The position numbers and the translations under genes were made by a program. The notes under the pieces are model-generated. The model did not search any database. It was given only the letters and a program-made list of their open reading frames with translations, and was not told where the DNA came from. From contig JAFGAZ010000004.1 of NCBI GenBank assembly GCA_016933455.1, positions 9,116 to 73,115 of the forward strand: a DNA stretch of 64,000 nt, written 5' to 3'. Positions within the stretch are counted from its first letter, which is position 1; every line of letters starts with the position of its first letter. This DNA is from Candidatus Aenigmatarchaeota archaeon. Its GTDB lineage: Archaea; Aenigmatarchaeota; Aenigmatarchaeia; Aenigmatarchaeales; Aenigmatarchaeaceae. Shown one piece after another: positions 28,249 to 38,090 of the stretch.

Positions 28249-28897
28249 CATAATGCTGACTGTTCAGCTGCTATATGGTTTTTTCTACGACATGTTGGTT
28301 CCAGTTATAGGCGAGACTTATTTGCAGCTTTTTGTTTTCGTTTCCGCGCTTTCTATATACGCTATTTTCGTGTGGAAGTTCTACAAGACGCTTTCGAAAA
28401 GGGACTTGTTTAAGATAGATTTGCAAAAGTACAACAGGTCTGACATAAAGCACAAGAGCATAAGAAAGGCAGGAGGCGTTTTTCTTTACATTCTAAAGTA
28501 CGGCATAATTTTTCCGCTATACATAATGGTCTGGTTCGTTGTCCTGTCGATGTTCATGCTGCTTATGACAGAGGAAGCAAGTGTTAGCACAATTCTTTTG
28601 CTATCCATATCTGTTGTCTCTGCAACAAGAATGGTTACCTACTACAAGGAGGATTTGTCATCAGACATTGCAAAACTAATACCCTTTGCTTTGTTGGCAA
28701 TTTCCTTGACAAACACTAGCTTCTTTTCCATAGATGCCGCTATAGCCAGGCTTTCCGAGGTTCCCCTGCTTTGGTCAAGCATAATGCAGTTCTTGCTATT
28801 TTCAATAGTTTTGGAATGGATATTGAGGGCAATGTATCTATTAAAGAAATACATTGAGAAAAGAGGAAGCATGGAAAATACAAAGGCTTCAGATTAG
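28241..28897 (+). CDS. Multi-pass membrane protein
   Basis: Five or more hydrophobic segments. Confidence 0.75.
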   Translation: MVDIMLTVQLLYGFFYDMLVPVIGETYLQLFVFVSALSIYAIFVWKFYKTLSKRDLFKIDLQKYNRSDIKHKSIRKAGGVFLYILKYGIIFPLYIMVWFVVLSMFMLLMTEEASVSTILLLSISVVSATRMVTYYKEDLSSDIAKLIPFALLAISLTNTSFFSIDAAIARLSEVPLLWSSIMQFLLFSIVLEWILRAMYLLKKYIEKRGSMENTKASD

Positions 28898-30079
28898 TTC
28901 TATTCCTGTTATTCTTTCTGTAAGCAAGTCCAAAGACCTCAGGTCCTTTCTGCAAAGCTTGTGAATATCCCTTTTGCCTGTTGCAGCTGCGGCCATCTTG
29001 ACTTCTTCTGTGCATGAAGTTATGAAATTGGAAACCTTGCTGACGGCGTCTTCTACATTCAGTTTATTTCTCATTTTCTCTTCCTGGGTTGTTATACCCA
29101 GTGGGCACCTTCCTATGTAGCACTGCTTGCAGTACATGCATCCCATTGATATTAGAAGCGGGAACGACATGAAGACCGCGTCTGCCCCAAGTGCCAAAGC
29201 CTTTGCAACATCAGCACCCTTGTTTAGGCCGCCGCCAATTAGCAGCTCTTGCTTTGCCTTTAGCTTGTCCATTATATTTCTTGCGCGAACAAGAGCGGAT
29301 AGAGCTGGCACTCCGAAATCGTCAAGCATTATGTTGGGAGCTGCCCCTGTTCCACCCTCCATGCCGTCTATTGCTATGACATCGGGATTGGCTTTCAGCG
29401 CCAGCTTGACATCGTTCTCAACGTCCCCGGCCCCAAGTTTTATTATGACAGGCTTGCCGCTGCTTAGCTTTCTTAGCCATGAAACCTTTTTCCTAAGGTC
29501 TGCTATGCACTTTATGTCAGGATGGCAAGGTGGTGAATGGACATCCTTGCCCATCTCTATCTTTCTTATCTTGGCTATTTCCCTTGTAACCTTTCCAGCA
29601 GGCAAAAGTCCTCCTTGTCCGGGCTTTGCGCCCTGTCCTATCTTGATTTCAATCGCATCTGCCTTTTTGATATAATCATCATCAACGCCAAACCTTGCTG
29701 TGGAATACTGCGCTATCAGAAGTTTGGCAATTTTTCTCTCTTCAGGAAGCATGCCTCCCTCTCCTGTGTTTGTCACAGTGCCCACTCTTGCAGTTGCCTT
29801 TGCGATGGCTGTTTTTGCCTCCTTGCTCAGGGCTCCAAAGCTCATGGCGCCTGCGATTATCGGGGTTTCCAGCTTCAAGGGATGCTTGGACAATTTTCCT
29901 ATTGTTGTTTTGGAAGAAATCTTTTCCTCAAAATAGTTGACAGGACTTTTGGTAAGCTGCGCCGGGATGAAGACTAGATTGTCAAAGCTTACTTTGTTTA
30001 GCTTGTCAGACCTGCCCCCTGAAATAAGCGCCTTGCCAGACATTGCCCTGTGCTTTATATCTAAAATCCATTTTTCCAT
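28889..30079 (-). CDS. Stand-alone glutamate synthase FMN-binding domain protein (GltB2-like)
   Basis: MSFGALS, NTGEGG, EIKIGQGAKPG.GG, DG.EGGTGAAP, CxxCxxCxxxxCP. Confidence 0.92.
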   Translation of the reverse strand: MEKWILDIKHRAMSGKALISGGRSDKLNKVSFDNLVFIPAQLTKSPVNYFEEKISSKTTIGKLSKHPLKLETPIIAGAMSFGALSKEAKTAIAKATARVGTVTNTGEGGMLPEERKIAKLLIAQYSTARFGVDDDYIKKADAIEIKIGQGAKPGQGGLLPAGKVTREIAKIRKIEMGKDVHSPPCHPDIKCIADLRKKVSWLRKLSSGKPVIIKLGAGDVENDVKLALKANPDVIAIDGMEGGTGAAPNIMLDDFGVPALSALVRARNIMDKLKAKQELLIGGGLNKGADVAKALALGADAVFMSFPLLISMGCMYCKQCYIGRCPLGITTQEEKMRNKLNVEDAVSKVSNFITSCTEEVKMAAAATGKRDIHKLCRKDLRSLDLLTERITGIELI

Positions 30080-30147
30080 ACCAAAACCTTGAAATACAAC
30101 AATTAATAAAATTAATAACTAGCTCGTTAATATAGATTTGTGATTTT

Positions 30148-31095
30148 ATGGACTATGATGTTATCATTATCGGCATAGGGCCGGCAGGACTTTCTGCGGG
30201 CATATATGCTGCAAGAAGAAAGCTAAAGACCCTTGTTATAGGAGAAAAGTTGGGCGGCCAGATGGCATACGCTCACGTTGTCGAGAACTATCCCGGCATC
30301 AAGACCGTTAGCGGCATGGAGCTTGGTGAGATCATGAAGTCCCAGGCAACAGACTCTGGGTGCGAAGTTGTCAATGACACAGTGATTTCATTTGACATTT
30401 CCGGGGAAACAAAAAAGGTAAAAACGCAAAGCAAAGAGTACACTTCCAAGACTGTGATAATAGCAACAGGCATGCAGCACAGAAAGCTTGGCGCCGAGGG
30501 CGAGGACAAGTTCATAGGCAAGGGAGTTTCCTATTGCGCCACTTGTGATGGCCCCCTGTTTAAGGGCAAGACTGTTGCTGTTGTTGGCGGTTCTGATTCT
30601 GCTGTAAAGTCGGCTCTTTATCTAAAGGATGTCGCTTCCAAAGTCATTCTTGTTCATAGAAAGGATTCCCTAAGAGCGGAAGAGGAAAACCAGAGATTGC
30701 TCAAGGAATCCGATGTCGAGGTGGTTTGGAGCAGCGTTGTCGAGAAGATAGACGGCGATGCCAAGGTCAGCAAGATAATCCTCAAGGATGTAAACACAGA
30801 GGAGACATGCGATTTGGATGTTGACGGCGTTTTCATAGAAATAGGCGAGGTGCCCACAACTCAGCTTGTCAAGGCTGCAGGAGTTGATATAACTGAAAAT
30901 AATTACATCAAGGTAAACAGCGACATGGAGACAAATATTCCCGGTGTCTATTCTGCGGGCGATGTTACAGGCTCTTTGGCCCAGATAATAACTGCTGCCT
31001 CAGGAGGAGCTGTTGCTGCGATGAGCGCCTATCTTTTCATCAAGGGCGGATTTTACGGCGAGAAAAAACCTTTGGACTATGGTGCAAAGAAATGA
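30148..31095 (+). CDS. trxB: Thioredoxin reductase
   Basis: GIGPAG, CATCDG, VVGGSDSA, SAGDV. Confidence 0.95.
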   Translation: MDYDVIIIGIGPAGLSAGIYAARRKLKTLVIGEKLGGQMAYAHVVENYPGIKTVSGMELGEIMKSQATDSGCEVVNDTVISFDISGETKKVKTQSKEYTSKTVIIATGMQHRKLGAEGEDKFIGKGVSYCATCDGPLFKGKTVAVVGGSDSAVKSALYLKDVASKVILVHRKDSLRAEEENQRLLKESDVEVVWSSVVEKIDGDAKVSKIILKDVNTEETCDLDVDGVFIEIGEVPTTQLVKAAGVDITENNYIKVNSDMETNIPGVYSAGDVTGSLAQIITAASGGAVAAMSAYLFIKGGFYGEKKPLDYGAKK

Positions 31096-31529
31096 AAAAG
31101 ACAACAAAGAAAAAACTAATAAGCGTTTTCATAATTTCCGCATTCCTTTTCAGCAGCTTTGCTTACGCACTGTCGTTTTCATTTTCTTCTACTAACAATG
31201 ACAGCGATGTGTGGGCTGCAGGAATATCCGTTGTGATATTCGGCTCGCAACAGCCAATACCCGCCGGCCTTGGAGTGAATGATGACAATACATATGATAA
31301 ATTATACACCCTTTCCAACGACAACATAATATACAAGAGCACAGACGAGTCTGTGATGGTAAAGGACTTTTTCGAAATATGGGGTGAGAATTTCAACTCT
31401 ACCTGCATCATGAACTATTGCAACAACAACCAAAGCTCCATGGTGATGTATGTCAACGGAGTTTTGAACACCGACTATGAGCTATACACAATTCAGAACA
31501 GGGACGTAATAATTATCGATTACAGATAA
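31092..31529 (+). CDS. Membrane-anchored exported protein coupled to trxB
   Basis: N-terminal TM; DFFEIWG..F..TCI..YC...MYVNG; ATGA overlap with trxB. Confidence 0.75.
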   Translation: MKKTTKKKLISVFIISAFLFSSFAYALSFSFSSTNNDSDVWAAGISVVIFGSQQPIPAGLGVNDDNTYDKLYTLSNDNIIYKSTDESVMVKDFFEIWGENFNSTCIMNYCNNNQSSMVMYVNGVLNTDYELYTIQNRDVIIIDYR

Positions 31530-32082
31530 TGTCAGATAATACCTGTGTTATGTAATCTTTTTTTCCTACGGTTTTAAGTTCAGTTTCTTTTCCTAAAACA
31601 TTTACACATATACTTTCCATAACATTGTTTTCCAATTCATCTACTTTTACTCTGAAATGTCGGCTCTTTTCTCCACCACTGTTGTTTTTTTCCACGAACT
31701 TGTAGTCTACTAGAAATAGATTTTCTATTTCCATATCATTTATTATCTCATCAATTTTTTTTATTGAATCTATTTTCTTATTTGAGTTATAGCCCAAAAG
31801 AAGGTAAGTCAGTATAGGTTTTCTAAAGTTCGCATCTCTTCCGAAAACACGATAGCTGTTTGTATACCTATTCTTGAATATGTCATATTGGTTTTTTCTA
31901 AAAAAGAACGATTTGTTTTTTTCATTTTCTCTGAATCTTCTTATTTTTAGTTCTATCATGTTCCCGTTGCCTGAAATGTAGTCTATGTTGAAATTTTGAT
32001 TCAAAGGCCTTATTCCCAAATCCTTTGCTATAACGGGTTTTAAAGCATTGTCAAGTTTTGTGGAGTAGCTCTTCTTGTTCAT
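31513..32082 (-). CDS. Putative PD-(D/E)xK endonuclease-like orphan
   Basis: NIDY......IELKIR; very AT-rich; start refined to MNKKS. Confidence 0.5.
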   Translation of the reverse strand: MNKKSYSTKLDNALKPVIAKDLGIRPLNQNFNIDYISGNGNMIELKIRRFRENEKNKSFFFRKNQYDIFKNRYTNSYRVFGRDANFRKPILTYLLLGYNSNKKIDSIKKIDEIINDMEIENLFLVDYKFVEKNNSGGEKSRHFRVKVDELENNVMESICVNVLGKETELKTVGKKDYITQVLSDIICNR

Positions 32083-32106
32083 AGAACTTCTTGCTTCCAA
32101 AAGAAT

Positions 32107-33861
32107 TTATTTCTCTAAAACTGCTCTTATTCTTCTAACACCAGCCGCGACACCCTTCTCTTTTACAATCTTGAAATGGCCCAGTTCGTTTGTGTTTTCA
32201 ACATGGGGACCGCTGCATATTTCGCAGGAAAAGTCTCCTATAGAATATACGAAAACCTTGTCTCCGTACTTTTCATCAAAAACTCCCTGAGCTCCCATCT
32301 TCTTGGCTTCTTCTACAGTCGTTTCTATTTTCTTCACATTGATGGCTTCATTTATTTTTTGATTGACCAAATCTTCGACTTGTTTCAACTCCTCATCTGC
32401 AAGTTTTCTGTCAAAGTTGAAATCAAACCTTAGTCTCTCGGGAGTTATGTTAGAACCTCTTTGGTAAATATCGTCTTTTTTCAGAACCCTTCTCAGTGCC
32501 TCGTTTAGAAGGTGTGTTGCAGTGTGAAGCCTTATGGTCTGCTCGGAAGAGTCTGCAAGGCCGCTGCCGAACTTCTTTTCAGAGCCTATTTTGGAAACCT
32601 GCTGGTGCTTTGCTTCCTCTTCATTGAAGCCCTTCTCGTCAACTTCAATGTTGCTTTCCTCCCCAAGCTCCTTTGTCATTTCTATGGGAAATCCAAAGCT
32701 CTGGAAAAGCAGGAATGCGTCCTTTCCGTCTATCTTCCCCTTTTCCTCGGCAATTCTTTGGAATTTTCTAAGGCCCTTGTTTAGGGTGTTCTTGAATTTC
32801 TTTTCTTCCTTTTCAAGTTCAGATGTTATGAAATTTCTGTTTTCTTCCAGATGAGGATACGTTTCCTTGTAGTTCTCAATAACAGTCTCAACAATACCCC
32901 TTAGAAAATCATCCTCTATGCCCAGAAGCTTGCCGTGCCTTATGGACCTTCTTAGCAGCCTTCTTAGCACATAGCCGTGCTCTACGTTTTTCGGTACAAC
33001 TTTTTCCGCAAGAATGAAAGTTGCGGCCCTGACATGATCGGCTATTATCCTCATCGAGCGCTTGTTGTCAGCGTATTTTTTTCCGCTTATGTTTTCTATT
33101 TTCTGAATCAGAGGCAAAAAGTCGTTTGTCAAATAATTATCATCAAGACCGCTGAGCACGGCGGTCTGCCTCTCGACTCCGCCGCCGAAATCAACGTTCT
33201 TCTGCTGCATTTGCTTTAGGCTGCCGTCCTTTTGCTTGTCATACTGCATGAAAACGTTGTTGCCTATCTCTACCCATCTCTTGTCATCAACATCAAATTT
33301 TTCCGGAACAGGAACATTGTTTGGTGACCAGTAAAAGACCTCGCTGTCAGGACCGCATGGTCCGGTCTCTCCCGCAGGGCCCCACCAGTTTTCATCCTTT
33401 CCAAGGAAGGCTATTTTTTCATCAGAAACACCGAGACTTTTTAGTATTTTATATGATTCCTCATCCTTTGGTGCATTCTCGTCGCCCTCAAAGCAGCTAA
33501 AAGCTAGTCTTTCCAAAGGCAGTTTCAAAACCTTGGTTAGAAATTCGAATGTCATGCTTATTGCCTCTTTCTTGAAATAGTCTCCAAGCGACCAGTTGCC
33601 AAGCATCTCGAAAAAGGTGTGATGGCAGTTGTCTCCAACGCTTTCAATGTCAACAGTCCTTATGCATTTCTGGAAATTGACAAGCCTTTTTCCCTGCGGA
33701 TGCGGCTGGCCAAGAAGGAACGGTACAATAGGATGCATGCCCGCTGTTGTGAACAAGACTGTGGGATCGTTCTCAGGTATCAAGGGAGCATTGGGAATAA
33801 CAGAGTGACCCTTGCCTATGAAAAAATCAATGTATAGTTTTTTGAGTTCTTTGGAATCCAC
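32107..33861 (-). CDS. alaS: Alanine--tRNA ligase, short form without C-Ala domain
   Basis: DPTVLFTTAGM, HHTFFEMLGNWS, GPCGPDSE, IADHVRA, HTATH and CSGPH editing motifs; ends after GVRRIRA. Confidence 0.96.
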   Translation of the reverse strand: MDSKELKKLYIDFFIGKGHSVIPNAPLIPENDPTVLFTTAGMHPIVPFLLGQPHPQGKRLVNFQKCIRTVDIESVGDNCHHTFFEMLGNWSLGDYFKKEAISMTFEFLTKVLKLPLERLAFSCFEGDENAPKDEESYKILKSLGVSDEKIAFLGKDENWWGPAGETGPCGPDSEVFYWSPNNVPVPEKFDVDDKRWVEIGNNVFMQYDKQKDGSLKQMQQKNVDFGGGVERQTAVLSGLDDNYLTNDFLPLIQKIENISGKKYADNKRSMRIIADHVRAATFILAEKVVPKNVEHGYVLRRLLRRSIRHGKLLGIEDDFLRGIVETVIENYKETYPHLEENRNFITSELEKEEKKFKNTLNKGLRKFQRIAEEKGKIDGKDAFLLFQSFGFPIEMTKELGEESNIEVDEKGFNEEEAKHQQVSKIGSEKKFGSGLADSSEQTIRLHTATHLLNEALRRVLKKDDIYQRGSNITPERLRFDFNFDRKLADEELKQVEDLVNQKINEAINVKKIETTVEEAKKMGAQGVFDEKYGDKVFVYSIGDFSCEICSGPHVENTNELGHFKIVKEKGVAAGVRRIRAVLEK

Positions 33862-33953
33862 TAAATCACTTTATAGAATATTTGCAAACAATTTTATAAA
33901 ATAACGTCTGGGAAAGATAAAATAAAAAAGAAAACTAAGAAAAGTCGAAAGTT

Positions 33954-35453
33954 CTATTTCTTGAACCAAAGTTCCCAACCGATTATGATGACTGCAGCGA
34001 CTGCTATTATCACCACACCCAGCTGCAACACGTTCTTTGGAATCGCTTCCAGAAGGCCAGTTGCAGGTGAGACAAGGCTTAATGCGACCATCTTCTCTGC
34101 CAATGCACCCTCGTCGGATACTGCAGAAAATGTTATGTCCCTTGCTTCTGTCTCGTTGTCGGGCACATAGATTATCACAAGGTAGTCCTTGGAGCTTCCG
34201 GCCATTATGTCGCTTGACAATGGGAACGTAAGCACCCAGTCAGACGGCACGCCTTCGAAACCAAGTTCAACGCCTGTAAGGTCCATGTCTCCGTTGTTGT
34301 TTACAGTCAGAACCAAAGTGTCGTTCGAGCCTGCAGGAATTGTTATAGCTTCGTCTCCGCTTATCGTGATCTCGGCAGTTGGTGTTTCCGGTACTTCTTG
34401 CTCGGGTTCTTCCTCTTCCTCGGGGACTTCGGGCTCAACAACCACCTGTCCGCCGACGTTGAGTAACTCGCCGTCACGTATACCGTTGTAGCTTCCTATA
34501 ACGATCCAAGAACCGCTGTTCTCAGTTTCATAGACATTGTCTGTCCATGTACCTTTAGCCTCGCTGTCGATTTCCCACGATGTGTCATCTGTAACATCGA
34601 TTTGGTTTCCGAAGATGTCGCTTGCGATTGCGTTGAACACAACCTTCTGACCTAAACCTGCGTCAAGGTCGTCTGCGACTATCTTCAAAGTCTCTATGCT
34701 TCCCGCTTCGACTTTTACAGTTTTTGTTGCAAATAACTTGCTATTAACATCACTCACAGTTATCGTCTGCTCTCCTGCTGTCTTTAGCTTTACAGTAAAG
34801 GACTTGTAACCTTTGTCCGAACCAGAAAATGTGTATGTTTCGGCCAATGTCGCCAGGGGGTCAGAGGAACTGAAAGTTATTGTTCCTGCATAATCGGTTT
34901 TTATTCTGTCGGAACTGTCGTATGCCGTCACTGTCACTCCCAATGAGCTGCCGGCGTCTGTTGAGGAAGATCCTGTAACCTTAAAGTATGCCAAAGGTGC
35001 TGAACCTGTTTTTGTTGTTATACTTCCTGTGTTTTCAGAACCTGAGACATCCACGGTCTTCCAAGACCATGTGAACTCGCCTTGCTCGCTTGGTGATTTT
35101 GCTCTCACGCCAAAGCTTTCCATCTCGCTAACAGATATTCCATTGCCTTCTGTTGTCCAAATTACCTTGTATGGAGTGTTGCCATCCTTTGTTGTGTATG
35201 CGTATTTCCAACCTTGCGGGGTTGTAAACTCAAGCAACTTGTACAAAGGTATCTGGTTTCTCTCCGGAACTGTTAATTCGACCCTAACAATGTTGTCCCC
35301 GCCGCCGTTCACAACGCCGAATGTGACGTCCTGCTCGGTGCCCATGGACCACTCGCTAGGCTGGAATGAAGTTTGTGTGGAGTGTGTTGCCATAACTGCT
35401 GTTACTGAAAGAACCAATAACATAATTACTGGTACCAATTTTGCTAATTTCAT
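33954..35453 (-). CDS. Ig-like/NEW3-domain surface protein with C-terminal TM anchor
   Basis: Signal peptide, Thr/Ser-rich beta domains, acidic Pro linker, PATGL then TM. Confidence 0.85.
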   Translation of the reverse strand: MKLAKLVPVIMLLVLSVTAVMATHSTQTSFQPSEWSMGTEQDVTFGVVNGGGDNIVRVELTVPERNQIPLYKLLEFTTPQGWKYAYTTKDGNTPYKVIWTTEGNGISVSEMESFGVRAKSPSEQGEFTWSWKTVDVSGSENTGSITTKTGSAPLAYFKVTGSSSTDAGSSLGVTVTAYDSSDRIKTDYAGTITFSSSDPLATLAETYTFSGSDKGYKSFTVKLKTAGEQTITVSDVNSKLFATKTVKVEAGSIETLKIVADDLDAGLGQKVVFNAIASDIFGNQIDVTDDTSWEIDSEAKGTWTDNVYETENSGSWIVIGSYNGIRDGELLNVGGQVVVEPEVPEEEEEPEQEVPETPTAEITISGDEAITIPAGSNDTLVLTVNNNGDMDLTGVELGFEGVPSDWVLTFPLSSDIMAGSSKDYLVIIYVPDNETEARDITFSAVSDEGALAEKMVALSLVSPATGLLEAIPKNVLQLGVVIIAVAAVIIIGWELWFKK

Positions 35454-35560
35454 ACTACTATAACAATAGAAAAAGATTTAAGCTTAATTTTGAAAAAAAT
35501 CTTCTAGTACATGATTAGTACAGAAATTCTTTTTATTATAATTAGAATTATAAACACAGA

Positions 35561-36082
35561 TTAGTTAATTTCTATTTTCTCTTCCGGTTTTGTCAAAATT
35601 TTTGCGACATGCAAGTCATGCGCGATTGAATATGAGTCATACTTCATTTTAGTGCTAGGTATGTCAATATTCAGACTTTCTTTGAGAACTTGTTTGAACT
35701 TTTCAGGATCTTTGACAATTTCTCTCTTTTCAATCAAATAATATCTGTTGTATAAAACAGACCTTCTTTCATTTTCTCTGTAATTGTCCAAAAAACTAGT
35801 GTTTGCTTCGTTTTCCTGGACAAGTGTTCTGTCTTCTCCTAGGTCAAGAAATCTTAGAGAAAATTCTTTTTTTCGACCAAAGGGATCGAATTCTTCTTCA
35901 AAGTCTATTGTTCCCTTATCTTCGCCTTTTTTTTCGACAGTCCAGTATTTTTCTTGGCTGACGGAAAAATTATATTTTTCTGTTCCATTCATTGCTTTTT
36001 CAAGACTTTTGACAGCTTCTGGAGCTTCTTCAAAATTACCGTAAGGTATACGACGCCAGACAGTAAATACACCGTCACCCAT
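35561..36082 (-). CDS. Hypothetical protein (orphan)
   Basis: Likely start MGDGVF, 25 nt from CTTAAAT; the track's upstream extension overlaps rpl12. Confidence 0.6.
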   Translation of the reverse strand: MGDGVFTVWRRIPYGNFEEAPEAVKSLEKAMNGTEKYNFSVSQEKYWTVEKKGEDKGTIDFEEEFDPFGRKKEFSLRFLDLGEDRTLVQENEANTSFLDNYRENERRSVLYNRYYLIEKREIVKDPEKFKQVLKESLNIDIPSTKMKYDSYSIAHDLHVAKILTKPEEKIEIN

Positions 36083-36182
36083 TAGACAACAATGGTTGAA
36101 AAAAGATTTAAGTCTTTCGAAAATGCAACTAGAAAAACAATTAGAAAAAGCTGAATCGAAAGCTTGGCTGAAATTAAAAAAA

Positions 36183-36479
36183 CTAACCAAATAGACCGGC
36201 CAAGCCTTCGACTGCTTGCTCAGCTTTCTTTGAGTCGTCCTCTTCGGTTGACTCTTCTTTCTTTGCTGCGCCTGCATCTGCTGGTGCTGCGGAAGCTACT
36301 GGCATTGCTGCCTTGCTTATCGCTTCTTCGATGTTAACTCCGTCCAATGCTGCGACAACTGCCTTGACTTTTCCTGTGTCGGGCGTTATGCCTGCTGCCT
36401 GCAAGACCTTTGTTAGGTTGGCTTCGTCAACACTCTGCTTTGCACTGTGCAATAAAAGCGCGCTGTATATCATTTCCAT
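36183..36479 (-). CDS. rpl12: 50S ribosomal protein L12 (P1)
   Basis: [11 protein letters not shown]...GLAGLFG. Confidence 0.97.
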   Translation of the reverse strand: MEMIYSALLLHSAKQSVDEANLTKVLQAAGITPDTGKVKAVVAALDGVNIEEAISKAAMPVASAAPADAGAAKKEESTEEDDSKKAEQAVEGLAGLFG

Positions 36480-36495
36480 TTTTTACACCTCGTTA

Positions 36496-37377
36496 TTATG
36501 ATTGCTCCTCTTCTTTTTTCTCTGCAGGCTCTTGTTCATTCTCTGTTTCGCCTTCAGATTTTTCTTTTGGAGCTTGCTCTTTTGATTTCTCTTCCTCTTT
36601 TGGAGCACCGCTGTCAACCAAGGCTTCCAAAGCCTTTGCTTCCATTTGTGCCTTTGAGAGCATGAAACCAATAGTAACCTTTGTCGGGAAGCCGGAGTTC
36701 ATTGAAAGGTTGAATGCGTTCTGCACTGCCAGCTGGATGTCGCTTACCAGCTTAACCTCGTCTACGAACATCTGGTCCTTTGTGTATATTGCCTTGTCCT
36801 CGGCGAATGCCAAGACATTAAGGCTCACCTTCATGGGAGTAATTTTAAGCATCTGCAAAGCCGATGACAAATCGATCGAAACCGGCTCTCCTGCCTTGCA
36901 TGGTGTGCAATCCTTTATTATTGCAATGGTCGGTCCTTGCACTTTTCCTAGTATCTTTACTTTTGAAAGGGTCGATATTGCTGGGCCGGGTGGTATTTGT
37001 GTTGGCCCTGCCTTTACAACAACGTCTTCTTCCGGAACGTCACCTGGCTTTGCCGACCTTTTTTCCACCTGCTTTGAAATTAATGAATATAATTTGAAGG
37101 GGTCCTCTTTGCTGAATATCAATGCCGGATATCCCACAACATACTCCTTGAGGTTCTCCCTACCAGCCTTTTCTAGGGCAAAGTTTATCATCCTCTTTTT
37201 TGCGACTCTTATCTTCATCTTGTCTTTCAGGTTCATCTTGATGTTTTGAAGGGCGAAAGCAGGCATCTTGTGAAGGTCTATTAGACCCACCACAGGGTAC
37301 TCTTTTAGCATTACAGCTAGCTCTTCAACTACCTGCTTCTTTTTCGGGTTTATGTCGCTTCTTCCTTTTTTCTCCAT
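36496..37377 (-). CDS. rpl10: 50S ribosomal protein L10 (P0)
   Basis: AKPGD...AGPT.IPPGP.ISTL; L..LKITP. Confidence 0.96.
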   Translation of the reverse strand: MEKKGRSDINPKKKQVVEELAVMLKEYPVVGLIDLHKMPAFALQNIKMNLKDKMKIRVAKKRMINFALEKAGRENLKEYVVGYPALIFSKEDPFKLYSLISKQVEKRSAKPGDVPEEDVVVKAGPTQIPPGPAISTLSKVKILGKVQGPTIAIIKDCTPCKAGEPVSIDLSSALQMLKITPMKVSLNVLAFAEDKAIYTKDQMFVDEVKLVSDIQLAVQNAFNLSMNSGFPTKVTIGFMLSKAQMEAKALEALVDSGAPKEEEKSKEQAPKEKSEGETENEQEPAEKKEEEQS

Positions 37378-37381
37378 GAAA

Positions 37382-38020
37382 TCACAACTTGAACTTTACC
37401 GGCTTACCCATGGTAAGCTTGATAACATAATTTCTTACCTGCTCCTTGCTCTTTGGCAACTTGCTTATTACAGTGTTTATGATGGCGTCTATGTTCTCAG
37501 CCACCTTCTCGTCTGACATCTCTTCGTTTCCTACGCTAAGGTGTATTGCGGGCGATGTCTTTAGCTGTATCTTTAAAACATTTCTCCTGCTGTTGACATT
37601 AGACTTTAGGTCTGCAGAAGGCGGTATTGGTACGGGCATTAGGTTTCTTGGTGCTAGAATAGGACCCAGGTTCTTACCAACAAGAGGCATAAGCGGTGCT
37701 TCTGCCACAAAGTACGAGCACTGTTTTGCTAACTTCTTTGCCCCTTTTTTGTCCTTGCTGAATTTTTCCAATTGGTCCCTTTTTATAACAATAACATCTT
37801 CCATGTCCTTTGCCTGGGATGCCAAAGAATCAACTATGACGCCTATCTTTGTCTTTTTGCCTGTGTCGTTTGGCAGGCTCATCTCGGCCTTTATTCTGTT
37901 CTCCGGCTTTTTCAGGTCTATGTTTTTTAGATTTATGGCTAGGTCAAAGCCTTGTTTGAAATTTCTCTTGTCGCTATTTCTAGCTTCTTTGACTGCTGCT
38001 AATATTTTCTCGTCAACCAT
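37382..38020 (-). CDS. rpl1: 50S ribosomal protein L1
   Basis: KRNFKQGFDLAINLKNID, LGPILAPR, KLTMG. Confidence 0.97.
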   Translation of the reverse strand: MVDEKILAAVKEARNSDKRNFKQGFDLAINLKNIDLKKPENRIKAEMSLPNDTGKKTKIGVIVDSLASQAKDMEDVIVIKRDQLEKFSKDKKGAKKLAKQCSYFVAEAPLMPLVGKNLGPILAPRNLMPVPIPPSADLKSNVNSRRNVLKIQLKTSPAIHLSVGNEEMSDEKVAENIDAIINTVISKLPKSKEQVRNYVIKLTMGKPVKFKL

Positions 38021-38090
38021 ACAATCAGCTCACGCACTATGCTACTGCCAAAGCAGTGATGAATAATTACTTTCTAAAGATATTTAAAAC

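Noticed and set aside
27318..28897. Integrated element at tRNA-Gln
   Set aside because: No integrase and no duplicated tRNA 3' end was seen; downstream genes have host-like composition
36083..36277. N-terminal extension of the 238-aa ORF
   Set aside because: Overlaps rpl12 out of frame; promoter spacing supports a start at 36082
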